Assembly: GCA_964016885.1 (NCBI GenBank)
Contig: OZ024755.1
Coordinates: forward strand, 6,448,001 to 6,512,000
Direction: 5' to 3'
Length of the DNA: 64,000 nt
From: Eledone cirrhosa
Lineage: Eukaryota
This document shows, one piece after another, positions 40,938-57,420 of this stretch. The notes below the pieces were generated by a model. The model worked only from the letters and a program-made list of their open reading frames with translations. It ran no database searches and was not told the origin of the DNA. Positions within the stretch are counted from its first letter, which is position 1; every line of letters begins with the position of its first letter. Position numbers and translations under genes: made by a program.

Positions 40938-41300
40938 TTCAAAACAACGAACAGCGGAGGATGCGTTTCGTACCTTTCCGACAAACAACCTTTCCCCCAC
41001 CCCGGAAAGAACCCCCAGTTGATGGATGTGAATCAGAAATATATAGGGACAATTAAATCTCTCCCAAGGTAACTCTCTCTCGTGTTGTTATTTTTATTTT
41101 ATCCTTTATGCTCCTTCCTTCATTCCTCTACACGTCTTATACACGCCACGCATCTCAACGTACACCCACTTACATCTCTCTCTCCACCACCGGATCTTGT
41201 TACCCGGAGATTTACCCATTTGCATTGTCGAGGCTTCCAGACGACTTAAAGAAATTTACCTTATTATTCCACAATGCTTCAAGCAAACTTCAATACTCTC

Positions 41301-41301
<1 letters not shown>
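40938..41301 (+). mobile_element. Dispersed repeat family P5 between (TA)n runs
   Basis: Homologous to 24141-24400 (-). Variant hammerhead-like fold at 41013-41048. Confidence 0.65.
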
Positions 41302-41352
<51 letters not shown>

Positions 41353-42099
41353 GTATATATTATTGAAATTGTCCTGACGACCGCAAGGTGTTGAAAAAAA
41401 CACAATTATTTATGGTTCTTGAACATTCAACATCATTTACTGTAGACTCTACAACTTAATGCGATACCATCTAAGCTCTAGAATATCAGTAAGTTAAGAA
41501 TATAGAATGGGACACAAGAAACGAAGCTGTCAAACGAAACACTACACACATGAATATTTAAAAAAGACAGTCATTAACGGAAGCACCTACTCACACGCAA
41601 CGAAATAGAATTATATACATACATACATGGATATATACATACATACATGGATATATACATACATACACACAATGATACATACATAATACATGGATATATA
41701 CATGCATCACACAATGATACATACATACATATATACCTACATACATGGGCATATACATACATAGAAATCTTGAGAAGCTGGGCTTCACGGGAAGAGAAAG
41801 AACACAACTAGTTAGGAAATTACAAGTATAATCCATTAATAGAACAGTATAAATATGTAAAACATTCCCAAAATGTTGCATCTAATAACTGCTTATACAC
41901 ATGTACAGATACAAAGCGTATGCACATGCACACATACAACTCAAAACATACACAACCACACATACAATAACATACATACCTGCACACACATGCTGATATG
42001 TAAATTCCAATGAGAGAGTCCTGTATCTATGTTAAAAACCGACTCTCTCTCTATTGGCAAAAATTTGTGAAATTATAAAACCAGAAAAACATACATGTA

Positions 42100-42275
42100 T
42101 TGATGTATTGACGGAGTAAAACACACTTCAACAACATGTGTACCTGTCTTTCCCACACCAATTCGGACTGCCTGAAGAGGTCACAGCCAATGATGTCACC
42201 GAAATATATAGAGCAGTATATCTATAATTTATAATAAATGAAGCCAAATTTTACATATTTGACTTAATTATTTTA
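42100..42275 (+). mobile_element. Penelope-like pLTR fragment, family P1, with a decayed hammerhead at 42167-42217
   Basis: actgc-CTGAAGA-ggtcacagccaatga(deletion)tgtcacc-GAAA-tatata-GA-gcagt. Confidence 0.7.
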
Positions 42276-42289
42276 TATATATATATATA

Positions 42290-42457
42290 TCCCGGGTTGA
42301 ATCGGGGGGTAACCACAGTAAGTATACAAAGCAGAGTATAAATATATTAATATAGAAAAGGTTTCTACAGGACTAAAACTCTTTCATTCAGGAGAAATCA
42401 TCGGGGCTTCTTGAAGGAAACAGTTCTAGACCTATAGAAGCCTTTTCTATATTAAAT
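42290..42457. mobile_element. Fold-back Penelope-like fragment, family P2
   Basis: cccgggttgaatcggggggtaaccacagtaagta tail plus inverted arms, flanked by TA runs. Confidence 0.7.
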
Positions 42458-42678
42458 ATATATATAAGAAATTTGATCTGTTATGGGTTTATGGAACAGC
42501 AAAACACACAATAATACATTCAAGTCTAGACGTAGTTTCCTGCTTAACAAGAAAGGTTTCATTCATTAAATGTTAACTTAATTTTATCTATCACTTTATC
42601 AAACTCATTAAACTTTGGTTTCATCACCTCTCGTATTTTATCCTTTGTTTCTGAACGCTCATAACTGTGTGTGTGTGA

Positions 42679-42709
<31 letters not shown>

Positions 42710-42735
42710 AGAGTGTGTGTGTGTGTGTGTGTTTT

Positions 42736-42909
42736 GAAATTTGATGGGCCAATCATAACACACAATGTGTCACGCTGAATCTCCCGGTGAGCCACGTATC
42801 TTTTCTTTGGTATGTTGAGGCACTAGCACGTCAATTTCATGAGCAGACACGTTGTTCGAACAACTGGAAGACATGTCATCGAAGCCGACGACGGAGATCC
42901 AACAATAAC
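42736..42909 (+). mobile_element. 3' half of SINE family C
   Basis: tgtgtcacgctgaatctccc...gcacgtcaatttcatgagcag...caactggaa...gacggag..ccaacaataac. Confidence 0.65.
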
Positions 42910-43029
42910 GATTAATGCATGTACATATATTTATGTGTGTGCAGTTAGGTATCATGTTGTGCTAAACTAAATAATTTGTTCAAATATAGTCTTTATATGA
43001 GGCTGTCCCACACACAAAGGTTTACACAG

Positions 43030-43087
<58 letters not shown>

Positions 43088-43446
43088 CACACATTCACGC
43101 GTACAAAGTACTCTTCAAATATGCAAACAAACAAAAGCCCAAGATATCACGCGCATAATCAGAAAGACTGATATCCTTACACCCACATATATATGTAGAT
43201 TGATATACGGTTTAGACTCTTCAGTAAAATGATCATAAATATTCATTTCTATCGTTGATATTTACCAAGAGAATTGTAGTAAACGAAATAGAAATCATCT
43301 TGGGAATAAAGAAAACTAAATTGTCTCCAGGAATTATCAAAGAGGAAACGTACTTCTAAATTCTTCGAATTATTTTTTTTATCTAATTCTAATATTATTA
43401 TTATTATATGTATTAGTTAGGTTTGTTTCTCTCTCTGTCTCACCCC

Positions 43447-43489
<43 letters not shown>

Positions 43490-44013
43490 AACGCGTGAAG
43501 CTAATAAACTCATATTTGTACTGCCTGTCTGTTTTTTGTTCCTGTCTAATATTTAACTATATATATATATATATATATATTATATATCCCTCTCTCTCTT
43601 TTCTCACTCTTTCTCTCTCTGTCTTTCTGTCTATTTCCCTCTGTCTCACTCTCTCTCACTCTCTCTCTCTCTCTCTCTCTATGTCTATCTCTTTCTTGAA
43701 TTGTTTTTTTTTGTCATTTTGCACAAATTAATATATTACAGTAATTGGCAGACATAGTCACGTGGTAACAGACTACCTTATATAGAAAGGTTGTGTGTGT
43801 GTGTGTAGTTCCACTTGTATATTCTACGAGTCAATTTATTTTTGTCTGATGAGTTTATTAAAATTAATTGTAACCATACCCGGCCTTGTACCACGGCACA
43901 CAGTTAATACTCCAAATTATATTAGGAATATTGACTTTTAGTGTAAAAAATGTTCATGGTATAGCATAAGTTATCGCCTAGGAAGAATTGTTTTCATTAT
44001 ATATCACACAGAA

Positions 44014-44235
44014 GGGCGGTGGATTAGCAGTATCGGTACAGGATCGGATGCGGTGCTTTGCAGCAAAGAGTTACGGCCCTTTATGATCTGAGTTCAAATC
44101 CCGCCGAGGTTAACTTTGCCTTTCATCCTTACGGGGTCGATAAAATAAAGCACCAGTCACGCACTGGGGTCGATTTAATCCTCCCCCCACCAAAAAAAAA
44201 ATTGCTGGCCTTGTGCCTATATAAGAAACCATTAT
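44014..44235 (+). mobile_element. Full-length SINE family A copy with 15-bp TSD
   Basis: Body match. cattatatatcacac at 43995-44009 and 44230-44244. Confidence 0.92.
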
Positions 44236-44249
44236 ATATCACACTGTTT

Positions 44250-44445
44250 TGCAGAATCGGTAGAGCGTTGGACAACATATGTTGTGGCATAGTGTTACGG
44301 CACTTTACGTTCTGAGTTTAAATGTCACCGAGGGAGGTTAGCTTTGCCTTTAATTCAAAGTAAAGAACCACTGGGGTCGATTTAATCGACTTTCTTTCCC
44401 CTCACGCAAATTGCTGGCCTTGTATATATAATGGAAATTATTATA
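44250..44445 (+). mobile_element. Older SINE family A copy
   Basis: gcagaatcggtagagcgttggacaac...ctgagtttaaat...ggttagctttgccttt...ctggggtcgatttaatcgac...aattgctggccttgt. Confidence 0.75.
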
Positions 44446-45366
44446 TGTGACACTGTAGAGAAATACAGTTGAGCAGCTCAGACTCAGGGTTAAATAACCA
44501 CGACGACCTATCCATAGTTTGTTAAATATGATAGTGTATCCAAGAATGAACAGATTTTGGTAAAGATTCGCTTTAATTCTGCTCCTGAAATGAAGCTACA
44601 TGTAGCTAAATATTCCAGAAACATATCTACTCTTAATGTAGTTCTTGGGAAGAATCAATGTGACACAGTATGTAACAAAGCTGGACATTTTAATTATAAG
44701 TACAACACATTATTTTTAAGTGGATAGAATGAAGAAATAAGGTGATTTCCTCAAAGTTACAACCTACTATAGAAAATCAAATTCATGGTCTTACCTGAAT
44801 CTAACACCCTAACCACTCATCATACACATTCAAAACGTACACAAACATTTTCTACAGACACATCGATTATATCTATAAGTGAAAACCAAAATCAAAACCG
44901 AAAACGAAAAGGAGTTGAAACGCATTTGACGCATCATAAATTATTTCTTGTAGAAACAAGCACGAGGCCACGAAATTACAGAGGAAGGAAATGAGATCGT
45001 GTAAGGTTTATGATTTTCTCAAAGACATTAACGAGATATGGGAAATAAATTCGTTTCAATCTAAAATCAAAGAAGCTTCATGGAATCGGGTCATGGATTA
45101 GTGTCTGTGAGTGGACTACTTGTAGTGGAATGCTCTTATTTATTTATTCTTGTTGTTTGTTTATTCTTGTTTGCAACACAGCGTCGATGTCTCCTCAATC
45201 AGGAAACCACTGCTAACATTAGAAAGAAATATATATGCCCAAGTAACATATTAAAATGGGAAATTAAAACACAGATTACAACAAAATCAATCACTGAAAA
45301 GGAGAGAGAGAGCGTGGAATAATGTGAGAAAAAAGCTAAAAAGCCATAAAGTACCGGATAGAAACA

Positions 45367-45433
<67 letters not shown>

Positions 45434-45548
45434 AAGAGATGTGTCTGCTGAGTGAGAAAGTGATGAGACACAAAAAATATTTCATTAGGAAGAAAAAATA
45501 TATTCGCTTCGTAGTTGCAAAAATCACACGAAGGCATGCATATAGACC

Positions 45549-45595
<47 letters not shown>

Positions 45596-46098
45596 ATATA
45601 TATATATATGTATATATATATGTGTATATATATATATATATGTATATATATATGTATGTATGTATATATATGTATATATATATTTATATATGTATACATA
45701 TTTACATATGTGTATATATTTACATATTTATGTATATATATATATATATATATATATAAGAACTAGGAATATAATTGCTTGTTCAAACATTGTGTATGCT
45801 CCGATGATTGGAAGAAACGATCGTCAGCATTAAACAAAAATTAGATTGTTCTATACTTAATATATGTATATATATTTACACACACACGTACGTACGTACG
45901 TACGTACGTATGTATGTGTGTATGTATGTATGTATACATGTATGTATATATATATATGTTAAGCAATTACAAGAGAACAGAATAAATGACTCAAGACAAA
46001 TGGTTGCTATATGAGTATACATGTATGTTATATGATTTCTCAGGCTTATGTACCTACATACATACAGGCACACAAAAACTCTCTCTCTCCCTCTCCCT

Positions 46099-46144
<46 letters not shown>

Positions 46145-46593
46145 TACACACAAATAAAACCATCAGAGGATGAGAAAAACGCTATTGTCAGCGAATCAGG
46201 CAAAATGAAAAAACTGTTATTACAGTTAATCAAAATTATTTTTAAAAATACGAATAAATAAATAGATAAATATAATATATGATATAAAAATGCAACAAAC
46301 AGAACTAATCTTATTTATTGTATGTTCACATCACCGTAATTGGAAATGGATGGGATGATAGAAAGTGGGTTTATATCTATATAGGTGTGTGTACAGTTAT
46401 ATACATACATATGTCTCTGCCTCTCTCCATGTATATATATATATATATATATATACATGAAGAGTGGTAGGGACATATGTATGTATGTATATAACTCATA
46501 TGTATATGTCTATGTGCTTGAATTTTGTATATCTAAAGATATATATATATATATATATTTATATATATTTCACTATATATATATATATATATA

Positions 46594-46671
46594 CAGGATA
46601 TCCCCAAAATTGTATACATACTTCAACAGCAGATGACTCGAAGTGTGTATACCCTTTTTGAGTATATCCTG
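46594..46671. mobile_element. Tc1/mariner-type mini-MITE, 78 bp
   Basis: TIRs caggatatccccaaaa / ttttgagtatatcctg with TA on both sides. Confidence 0.65.
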
Positions 46672-46850
46672 TATATATATATATATATAGTATTAAGGAT
46701 ACTATTTATGGTTATGTATATACTAAAACTTTTTATAGTTATATATATTTTAAACCCTAAACAGTGAAAGACAGTAATTTATTACTACCTTATTACCAGT
46801 AAGCTAATAAATGGTTTGAACAGAACTTTGATTCATGTGATTTCTATATC

Positions 46851-46890
<40 letters not shown>

Positions 46891-47514
46891 CTAAGGAGCA
46901 CTTTTATTCCAAGTCACACACTCTTTGTATGTGTGTTTGTGACAGAAAAAGAATGTTTTCCACCAGAGATATTCTTAAAAACCAGTGAGGAGGACCGAAC
47001 CTATGCGAGAATCTAAACGAGAATCTGAACTAGAATCTAAACGAAGCCATTCTGTGAAGAAGAAAAAAACAATATATCAAAATATATATCATATGACACA
47101 TCACTGTCACTATCTTTAAAAAGGTGTAGATATTCTAGATATCTCACTTCCAGATTAAAAAAAAAAACAGTGGTAAAATACGAAACACTACAGATAAATG
47201 AAGGCGACAACTGAACTCAAGGTTGATCGTCATCGCAGTTTCAAAGATGACTTCAATGGAAAGGTATTTACTAACCAGGATGTGGGGGAAAATGAAAGTG
47301 CTTGGTTTAGCTAGAGGCAGAAACCTGACAGGAGAAGAATAGCTGAAGAAAAGTACACATGATAATTAAAATCAACAACAGCAGCACCAAGGACTGGTTG
47401 GTGGTGGGCAGTCTCTCCAAAATACAATGACTATATTTGCGGTTATCAATCTATGTGTGCTATGTGAGCCATAGCAGATGCTGCCTTCCCAACGAAACTA
47501 TAGCATGTGTATGA

Positions 47515-47552
<38 letters not shown>

Positions 47553-47811
47553 GTGTGTGTGTATAAGAAAATGAGGGTTTTTTTTAAATGAAAAAAAAAC
47601 GAGATGTCCTACACGAGTGAAAGTATAAGGAAAAAAGATGAAATCGAAAATGCAACTGGAGTCTTTTTTCAAATATTTATTTGTTTCCTTTACTGTGAAA
47701 CCGAACATTTGATTCCAGAGTCGGACCAGATCGATATAGGTCGAACCTTGATCAATAGCGAAACGCACGTCACCCATCAATACACGTAATGAAGGCTTAA
47801 CAAACCGTTCT

Positions 47812-47845
<34 letters not shown>

Positions 47846-47928
47846 CATTTATCCCGGGTTCAATCGGGGGTAACCACAGTAAGTAAGGTACTCAATACAA
47901 AGCAGAGTATAGATATTTAATATAGAAA

Positions 47929-47977
47929 GGCTTCTACAGGTCTAGAACTGTTTCATTCGTGAGAAATCATCAGGAAG
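47929..47977 (-). ncRNA. Type I hammerhead ribozyme motif (family P2, minus strand)
   Basis: Minus strand reads cttc-CTGATGA-t-ttc-tcac-gaa-t-GAAA-cag-ttctagac-ctg-TA-gaag. Confidence 0.6.
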
Positions 47978-48027
47978 GGTTCCTGATGATTTCTCCCGAA
48001 TGAAACAGTTCTAGTCCTGTAGAAGCC
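47977..48027 (+). ncRNA. Type I hammerhead ribozyme motif (family P2, plus strand)
   Basis: gggttc-CTGATGA-t-ttc-tccc-gaa-t-GAAA-cag-ttctagtc-ctg-TA-gaagcc. All three stems are present with a GUA cleavage triplet. The base of stem II is an atypical U-U. Confidence 0.65.
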
Positions 48028-48030
48028 TTT

Positions 48031-48070
48031 ATATATATTATATATATATATATTATATATATTATATATA

Positions 48071-48102
<32 letters not shown>

Positions 48103-48208
48103 TATATTTATATATATTATATATATATATATATATTATATTTATATATATTATATATATATATATATTATATTTATATATATTATATATATATATATAT
48201 ATATATTA

Positions 48209-48252
<44 letters not shown>

Positions 48253-48282
48253 TTATATATATATATATATATATTATATTTA

Positions 48283-48325
<43 letters not shown>

Positions 48326-48424
48326 TTATATATAATATATATATATATATATATATTATATTTATATATATTATATATATATATATATATTATATTTATA
48401 TATATTATATATATATATATATTA

Positions 48425-48466
<42 letters not shown>

Positions 48467-48497
48467 TTATATATATTATATATATATATATATATTA

Positions 48498-48539
<42 letters not shown>

Positions 48540-48571
48540 TTATATATATATATATATATATATTATATTTA

Positions 48572-48630
<59 letters not shown>
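48031..48630. repeat. Pure A/T array, (TA)n punctuated by TTATATTT
   Basis: Directly visible in the sequence. Confidence 0.95.
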
Positions 48631-48632
<2 letters not shown>

Positions 48633-50379
48633 AGATTTACTACCAGTTAAATAATAAATATATTTCCATTTCGAATTAAAATGTCATAGCACCCTCGGTA
48701 TGCTAATAAATTAACACGCTTGTTACTACAATGCAAATAATTATTCCAGCTTCAAAACAACAATTGAGGATTTTTCTCTTTGATTATTGGTGTAAACACG
48801 ATCTTGGTTGAGCAGACTCACACAGGAACTACCAGCAGTCGACAAAAACTCTCGAAGAATAATATTCTTTGTATATCACATTCTTAACAAATTTGTTTTC
48901 AAATCTTCTTTAAAACCACCGCAAACAAGCCGGGGTTATAGAACTTTGATATTTTATTCCAGCCTGGCATCAATTCAACCTCCTAAGGCGACTAATATGA
49001 AATAAGTAATAGGATTTTGGAAAACAGCGTTAATGTTTCTCTTGTTAGTAGTAAAGAGAAACAATTTTCTCAGTAACAAATTATCGAATTTTCTTAATAA
49101 GTTTACTAAAGACATTTGAATGCTGCTTTTTTTCCATTCATTTGAAATCTTCAAGTTCGTTAAACGTATTTACTGCATGAAATCTGGTTTGCTCTTTCTA
49201 TTTAAACGTTAAAAGGTGTTCTAAACTGGATTAAAATGTTCACTAATAAAATATAATGAAAGCTGCACCTTGACGAGACAAGGTAGAGCCAAGTTGTTTT
49301 ATGTACGATATTTCCTCTCCAGTTATGCAATTGTCTGTGCCAGTTAAGTCATGTAACAGTCACCAGTTTAATATATATAGCTAACAAGAAAATAAAATAC
49401 AGTAAGCGCAGCTCGACACTGACTCGATGACGGCTCATCATCTTTTACGGTGTTTTGGTTTATAGGCTAAAGTTTTGAGTATAGCCAATATATTGAATTC
49501 CCTAAAGAATTAATCCTCTATTTTCCATGGTGTGCTTGTTGTGTGACATTCATACCTTTGTTAAATACATTTGAAGAAAAGATAGAGATGGTTGTAATTT
49601 GAAAAACAAGTCTGGCATTCATTTCATATAACCAATATTTTTACTCACTAGCATTCCTAATATGATCTCTTATTTTGTTCTAATTTGTCATGGAGGCAGA
49701 AACACTTTAGAGCTTAGGGAAAGGAAAAAAACCTGATATCAATGTCCTTCTCTAGCCTGAGAGATGTTTTATTAGCTTGAGAGAAAATATTCTGCCGAAA
49801 GATCTTGTTAGTGTTGCGTCTATGAGAGATAATATTTGCATTTTCTCAACTGGCTATACATATCAGGTAACAGGAAATTTCCTATGCAGCACACAGCGAG
49901 AAAGAAATTGTAGAAAATGACATAGGAATGAATAACAGCATCGACGAAAATCATGAACAATGATACTATGAAAAACCATGAAGTAAATTTATGGGTGGAA
50001 GACATACAATATGAAAGCATACGTGATTTGAATGAAAATAGTTATCATTTATAATGAGTCCTGTGAGGAGTTTTGCTTTATTTAAGCCTATTTTAATATG
50101 GTGTTTCGTTTTTGTGTGTTTGTTGATGGGTGGTAAATCAAGATAACGTTTATTACTTCTTCTCCTGGCCAGTTTGCCTCCTTAAACTTTTGTAATAATG
50201 TTATTCACTGCCGTGTTCCTAGCTAGTCTATGTAGACTTGCTTAATAATAGATGCAATTTAATATATTTTCAACTGAATAGTTACTATGAGGTACTGCCA
50301 TATTCTCTGTGAACCAAATCAGGCATTCGGTTTTTATTGTCAGATAATTAACCAATAAAACACTTAGAAACGTCAAAGA

Positions 50380-51432
<1,053 letters not shown>

Positions 51433-51609
51433 TGTCTTCCACCCATAGAGGATTGCGATGTTCAAGGCTGAAACGTCTTTGATGATAGATATCCTCGAGC
51501 AAAGTTGAACTGAGTTTCGAAAACAAAATGGTGGATTGAGCATTATGTTTCCCAACTTGTTTGAAGCTTCTTATATCTGAAACGATGGGTTGGCGAGTTT
51601 CCTTGATAT

Positions 51610-51697
<88 letters not shown>

Positions 51698-52535
51698 GCT
51701 TTCAGTAATCTGCTATATACCGACACGAAAAGAGATAGGATTTGTTAGTTTTAAATCCCCTAACCTCATGGTATATCACAAGAACACCCACCCCATCGAC
51801 TATATAGGGGTTAAGATCCCGATGATAGAAATATTTACTCATCTGCTGAAAAAGCTTTTGGTCCTTGTTTCAATATTTATTAATCTGCCTTCTTTTACAA
51901 AATGAAAATCAGTCTGAAATAATTTCTATTGTTGCGATCAAGTGTCTGCATTCACTAATGTTCGTGAAGTGAAAGGAAATATAATCATATGAAAAATCTT
52001 TTAGAAAATGTCACAATTTTTGGCTAGGAAGAAAAGTAACAGGCAAATGTCACATTTCATTTATTATTTGGCAAGACACGACTCATGCGCAATGACAATA
52101 CTATTATACATTTAAAGACATACACGTATGCACAAAGATATCACGTTTAATTCAATATTTCAAATATTTTAAAAATCATTAAATTATTTATTTATTCAAA
52201 TTTTCTGGTGTCTTTCTTCTGTGATATTTTTTTCATTTGACCATTTGAATGAATTTTGCGGTAATTCAGCATAGCTTTGTGTGTAGTGAGCCTTGGACGT
52301 TTGAACTAGTCAGCTGAGTGGATCGGAGTGGGTGAAATGAAGTGTCTTGCTCAAGGATACAACTCACCTCCCGTAATCAAATTCACCACGTGAGTCAAAC
52401 ATCATAACCACTAAGCCACTTATATTCCCGTTACTACAGTAAACATTTATATACAGTTCCTAGTGTAATAATTGTCGAAATAAAATAAAGCCTATACGTA
52501 TCCATTGTTTTTTGTTATATGTTCAGTCAAGTTAT

Positions 52536-52718
52536 TTGGCAGTATCGGTAGAGGATCTGACGCCATGCTTTGCAGCAAAGAGTTACGGCGCTTTATGGTA
52601 TGAGTTCAAATCCCACCGAGGATAAGTTTGCCTTTCATCCTTACGGGGTCGATAAAATAAAGTACCAGTAATACACTGGCATAATTGCTGGCCTTGTGCC
52701 AAAAGTAGAAACAATTAT
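52536..52718 (+). mobile_element. SINE family A copy
   Basis: Near-complete body match. Confidence 0.9.
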
Positions 52719-52816
52719 GTTCACCCAATTGTGTCTTGATCTAGACGTGACTATATAGTGTTTTTGTTTTTTTTCTAAATACTGTAACTCCACAACATTA
52801 TCAAATATGTTATTTA

Positions 52817-53007
52817 GGGCGGTGGATTGGTAGTATCGGTAGAGGGTCGGACGCCATGCTTTCCAGCATAGTTACGTCCCTTTACGATCTGAGTTCAAAT
52901 CCCGCCGAGATTGACTTTGCCATTCATCCTTACGGGGTCGATAAAATAAAGTACCAGTTATGCACTGGGTAATTGCTGGCCTTGTGCCAAAAAGTAGAAA
53001 CAATTAT
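52817..53007 (+). mobile_element. Full-length young SINE family A copy with 19-bp TSD
   Basis: attatcaaatatgttattt at 52797-52815 and 53003-53021. Shares the diagnostic tttccagcatagttacgtcccttt with 55098-55280. Confidence 0.95.
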
Positions 53008-53659
53008 CAAATATGTTATTTTGTTTTTAATTAAGAAATAAATGTGATTCGAAGGAGGTTTATCTTTTATATCTAGGCCTTGTGACAATATTAATGTTCC
53101 ATCTTCAGTTTGCATATATGATGTTTTAATTTAACGTGGGCGATTCTTCTCTGCAACACATATGCTAGGTAAGTTATCAGACAACGTAATCAAATAACCA
53201 TGTTTTAATATTAGAGTTTGGATATAAGTATTAAATTTATGGACATTCGTAGTTATTTAATATCGGCAGAAAATAGCGAAGAAAGCATTAAAATGAGTTG
53301 GTTAATAATTGACTATCGACTTAATCCGCTATAGTTATAAAGTAAGATGTCTCTTGCAGTTGCTGAGGAAACTAAATATGTTGAAATTTATTAATCTCTA
53401 GATTGCACATATAAATTATATACTTTTACAGGAATACTGAATATAAATCTTCTAAATTAAAATATCACATACACAGGCACATCTATCTACCAACAGATTA
53501 TGAATATCTAGATCTAGCGTAGGTATTTTTATAATTATTGTATGTATGCTACTACATATTCATAGACTACCATATCGGAATTGAAAGCATATCCATGACG
53601 TTGAGCGCTGCAACCTAATTACTTCATTATTAATGACACACGCATACATACATAGATAA

Positions 53660-53866
53660 ATGCATATATATATATATGTGTGTATGTGTGTATGTACGTG
53701 GGTGTGTGCGTGCGTGTATGTGTGTATGTATATATGTATATATATGTATATATATGTATATATATATGTATATATATGTATATATATGTATATATATATG
53801 TATATATATGTATATATATATATGTATATATATATACATATATATGTATATATATGTATATATATG

Positions 53867-53897
<31 letters not shown>

Positions 53898-54706
53898 GTA
53901 TATATATGTATATATATGTATATATATGTATATATATATACATATATATATATATATGTATATATATGTATATATATATGTATATATATGTATATATATA
54001 TGTATATATATGTATATATATATGTATATATATATATATGTGTATATATATGTATATATATATATGTATATATATGTGTATATATATATATACATATATA
54101 TGTATATATATGTATATATATATATACATATATATGTATATATATGTATATATATATATACATATATATGTATATATATATATACATATATATGTATATA
54201 TATATATACATATATATGTATATATATATATACATATATATGTATATATATGTATACATATATATGCATATATATACATATATATGTATATATATGTATA
54301 CATATATATGCATATATATGTATATATATGTATACATATATATGCATATATATGTATATATATGTATACATATATATGTATATATATGTATATATATATA
54401 CATATATATGTATATATATGTATATATGTGTATATATGTATATATATGTATATATATATATACATATATATGTATATATATGTATATATATATACATATA
54501 TATGTATATATATGTATATATATATACATATATATGTATATATATGTATATATATATGTATATATATGTATATATATATGTATATATATGTATATATATA
54601 TACATATATATGTATATATATGTATATATATATGTATATATATGTATATATATATACATATATATGTATATATATATATAAATATATGTATATATATATA
54701 TGTATA
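53660..54706. repeat. (TA)n array punctuated by TG and CA
   Basis: Directly visible in the sequence. Confidence 0.95.
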
Positions 54707-54928
54707 CACTGAAGTAACAGTTCCGTGGAAATATCCAAGAGTAAGAGCACTCTGTCCATAGGACGAGTTTAGTATAATAATTACAACAGTGTAATAAACA
54801 GGTACTCAAATTTTGTTGGGTTCTGGGCCCCAATTTCTTAATCCTGTCACAAGAAAAATGGAAAACAGGCTGAAGAAATTGGGGTCCAGAGCCCAACAAA
54901 ACTTGAGTACCTGTTTATGTCACTGTTG

Positions 54929-54935
<7 letters not shown>
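54707..54935. mobile_element. Fold-back Penelope-like fragment (family P6) with decayed hammerheads
   Basis: ~70-bp inverted arms (54777-54847 / 54865-54935) plus a ~70-bp tail, between (TA)n arrays. acagg-CTGAAGA-aattggg..cccaac-aAAA-cttgag-TA-cctgt at 54865-54914. Confidence 0.7.
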
Positions 54936-54963
<28 letters not shown>

Positions 54964-55097
54964 GTGTGTGTGTGCGTGTGTGTGTTTGTGTGTTTGTGTA
55001 ATTCTTTACAAAGTTTTATTTTATCTGTTATGTAATAACATAACATAAAATAAAACACTTTTCACTATCGCCTAAAATCGATCATCATTGATTATTA

Positions 55098-55280
55098 TGG
55101 ATTGGGAGTATCGGTAGAGGGTCGGACGCCATGCTTTCCAGCATAGTTACGTCCCTTTACGATCTGAGTTCAAATCAGGCCGAGGTTGACTTTGCCTTTC
55201 ATCCTTACGGGGTCGATAAAATAAAGTACCAGTAATGCACTGGGTTATTGCTGGCCTTGTGCCCAAAGTAGAAACAATTA
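55098..55280 (+). mobile_element. Young SINE family A copy
   Basis: Highly similar to 52817-53007. Confidence 0.92.
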
Positions 55281-55589
55281 ATTATTATTTCTTTGAACTA
55301 TTAGAAACGTACATGTCTTTTTCAATATATGTCTGGGGTTAATCATAATTTATATCGTCCATTAGAATAGAAAACTACTTTTAATTCAGTAAAAGGGTTT
55401 CTCCTCGTGAAACCCGGACTGAAATAGAGAGAAAAGCATTCTATGATTGCAGAAAATAAGGGATTTTACATAGGAAAATAGTGAAGAATATAAGAAAAGA
55501 TCAAGAATTCTGAAATAATAAACATATAAAGTAAAGGAAATAAAGAAATGAGATAATAGGATGTGTAAGACGGAGAAAGAGAGAGAGAA

Positions 55590-57420
<1,831 letters not shown>

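Larger units (their letters stand above)
47851..48030. mobile_element. Fold-back Penelope-like fragment, family P2, best-preserved copy
   Basis: 51-bp arms 47926-47976 / 47980-48030 with 2 mismatches, a 3-nt spacer and a ~75-bp unpaired tail, with (TA)n on both sides. Confidence 0.8.

Noticed and set aside
41367-41407. aattgtc-CTGACGA-cc-gcaa-gg-tgtt-GAAA...acaatt hammerhead-like motif
   Set aside because: Stem I-like pairing exists, but the UH cleavage site is absent and stem II is misregistered. At best a decayed copy.
48631-50378. 1.7-kb complex segment between TA arrays as a Penelope RT/GIY-YIG coding remnant
   Set aside because: The frames I read were interrupted and showed no RT or GIY-YIG motifs. 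A tBLASTx search would be needed.
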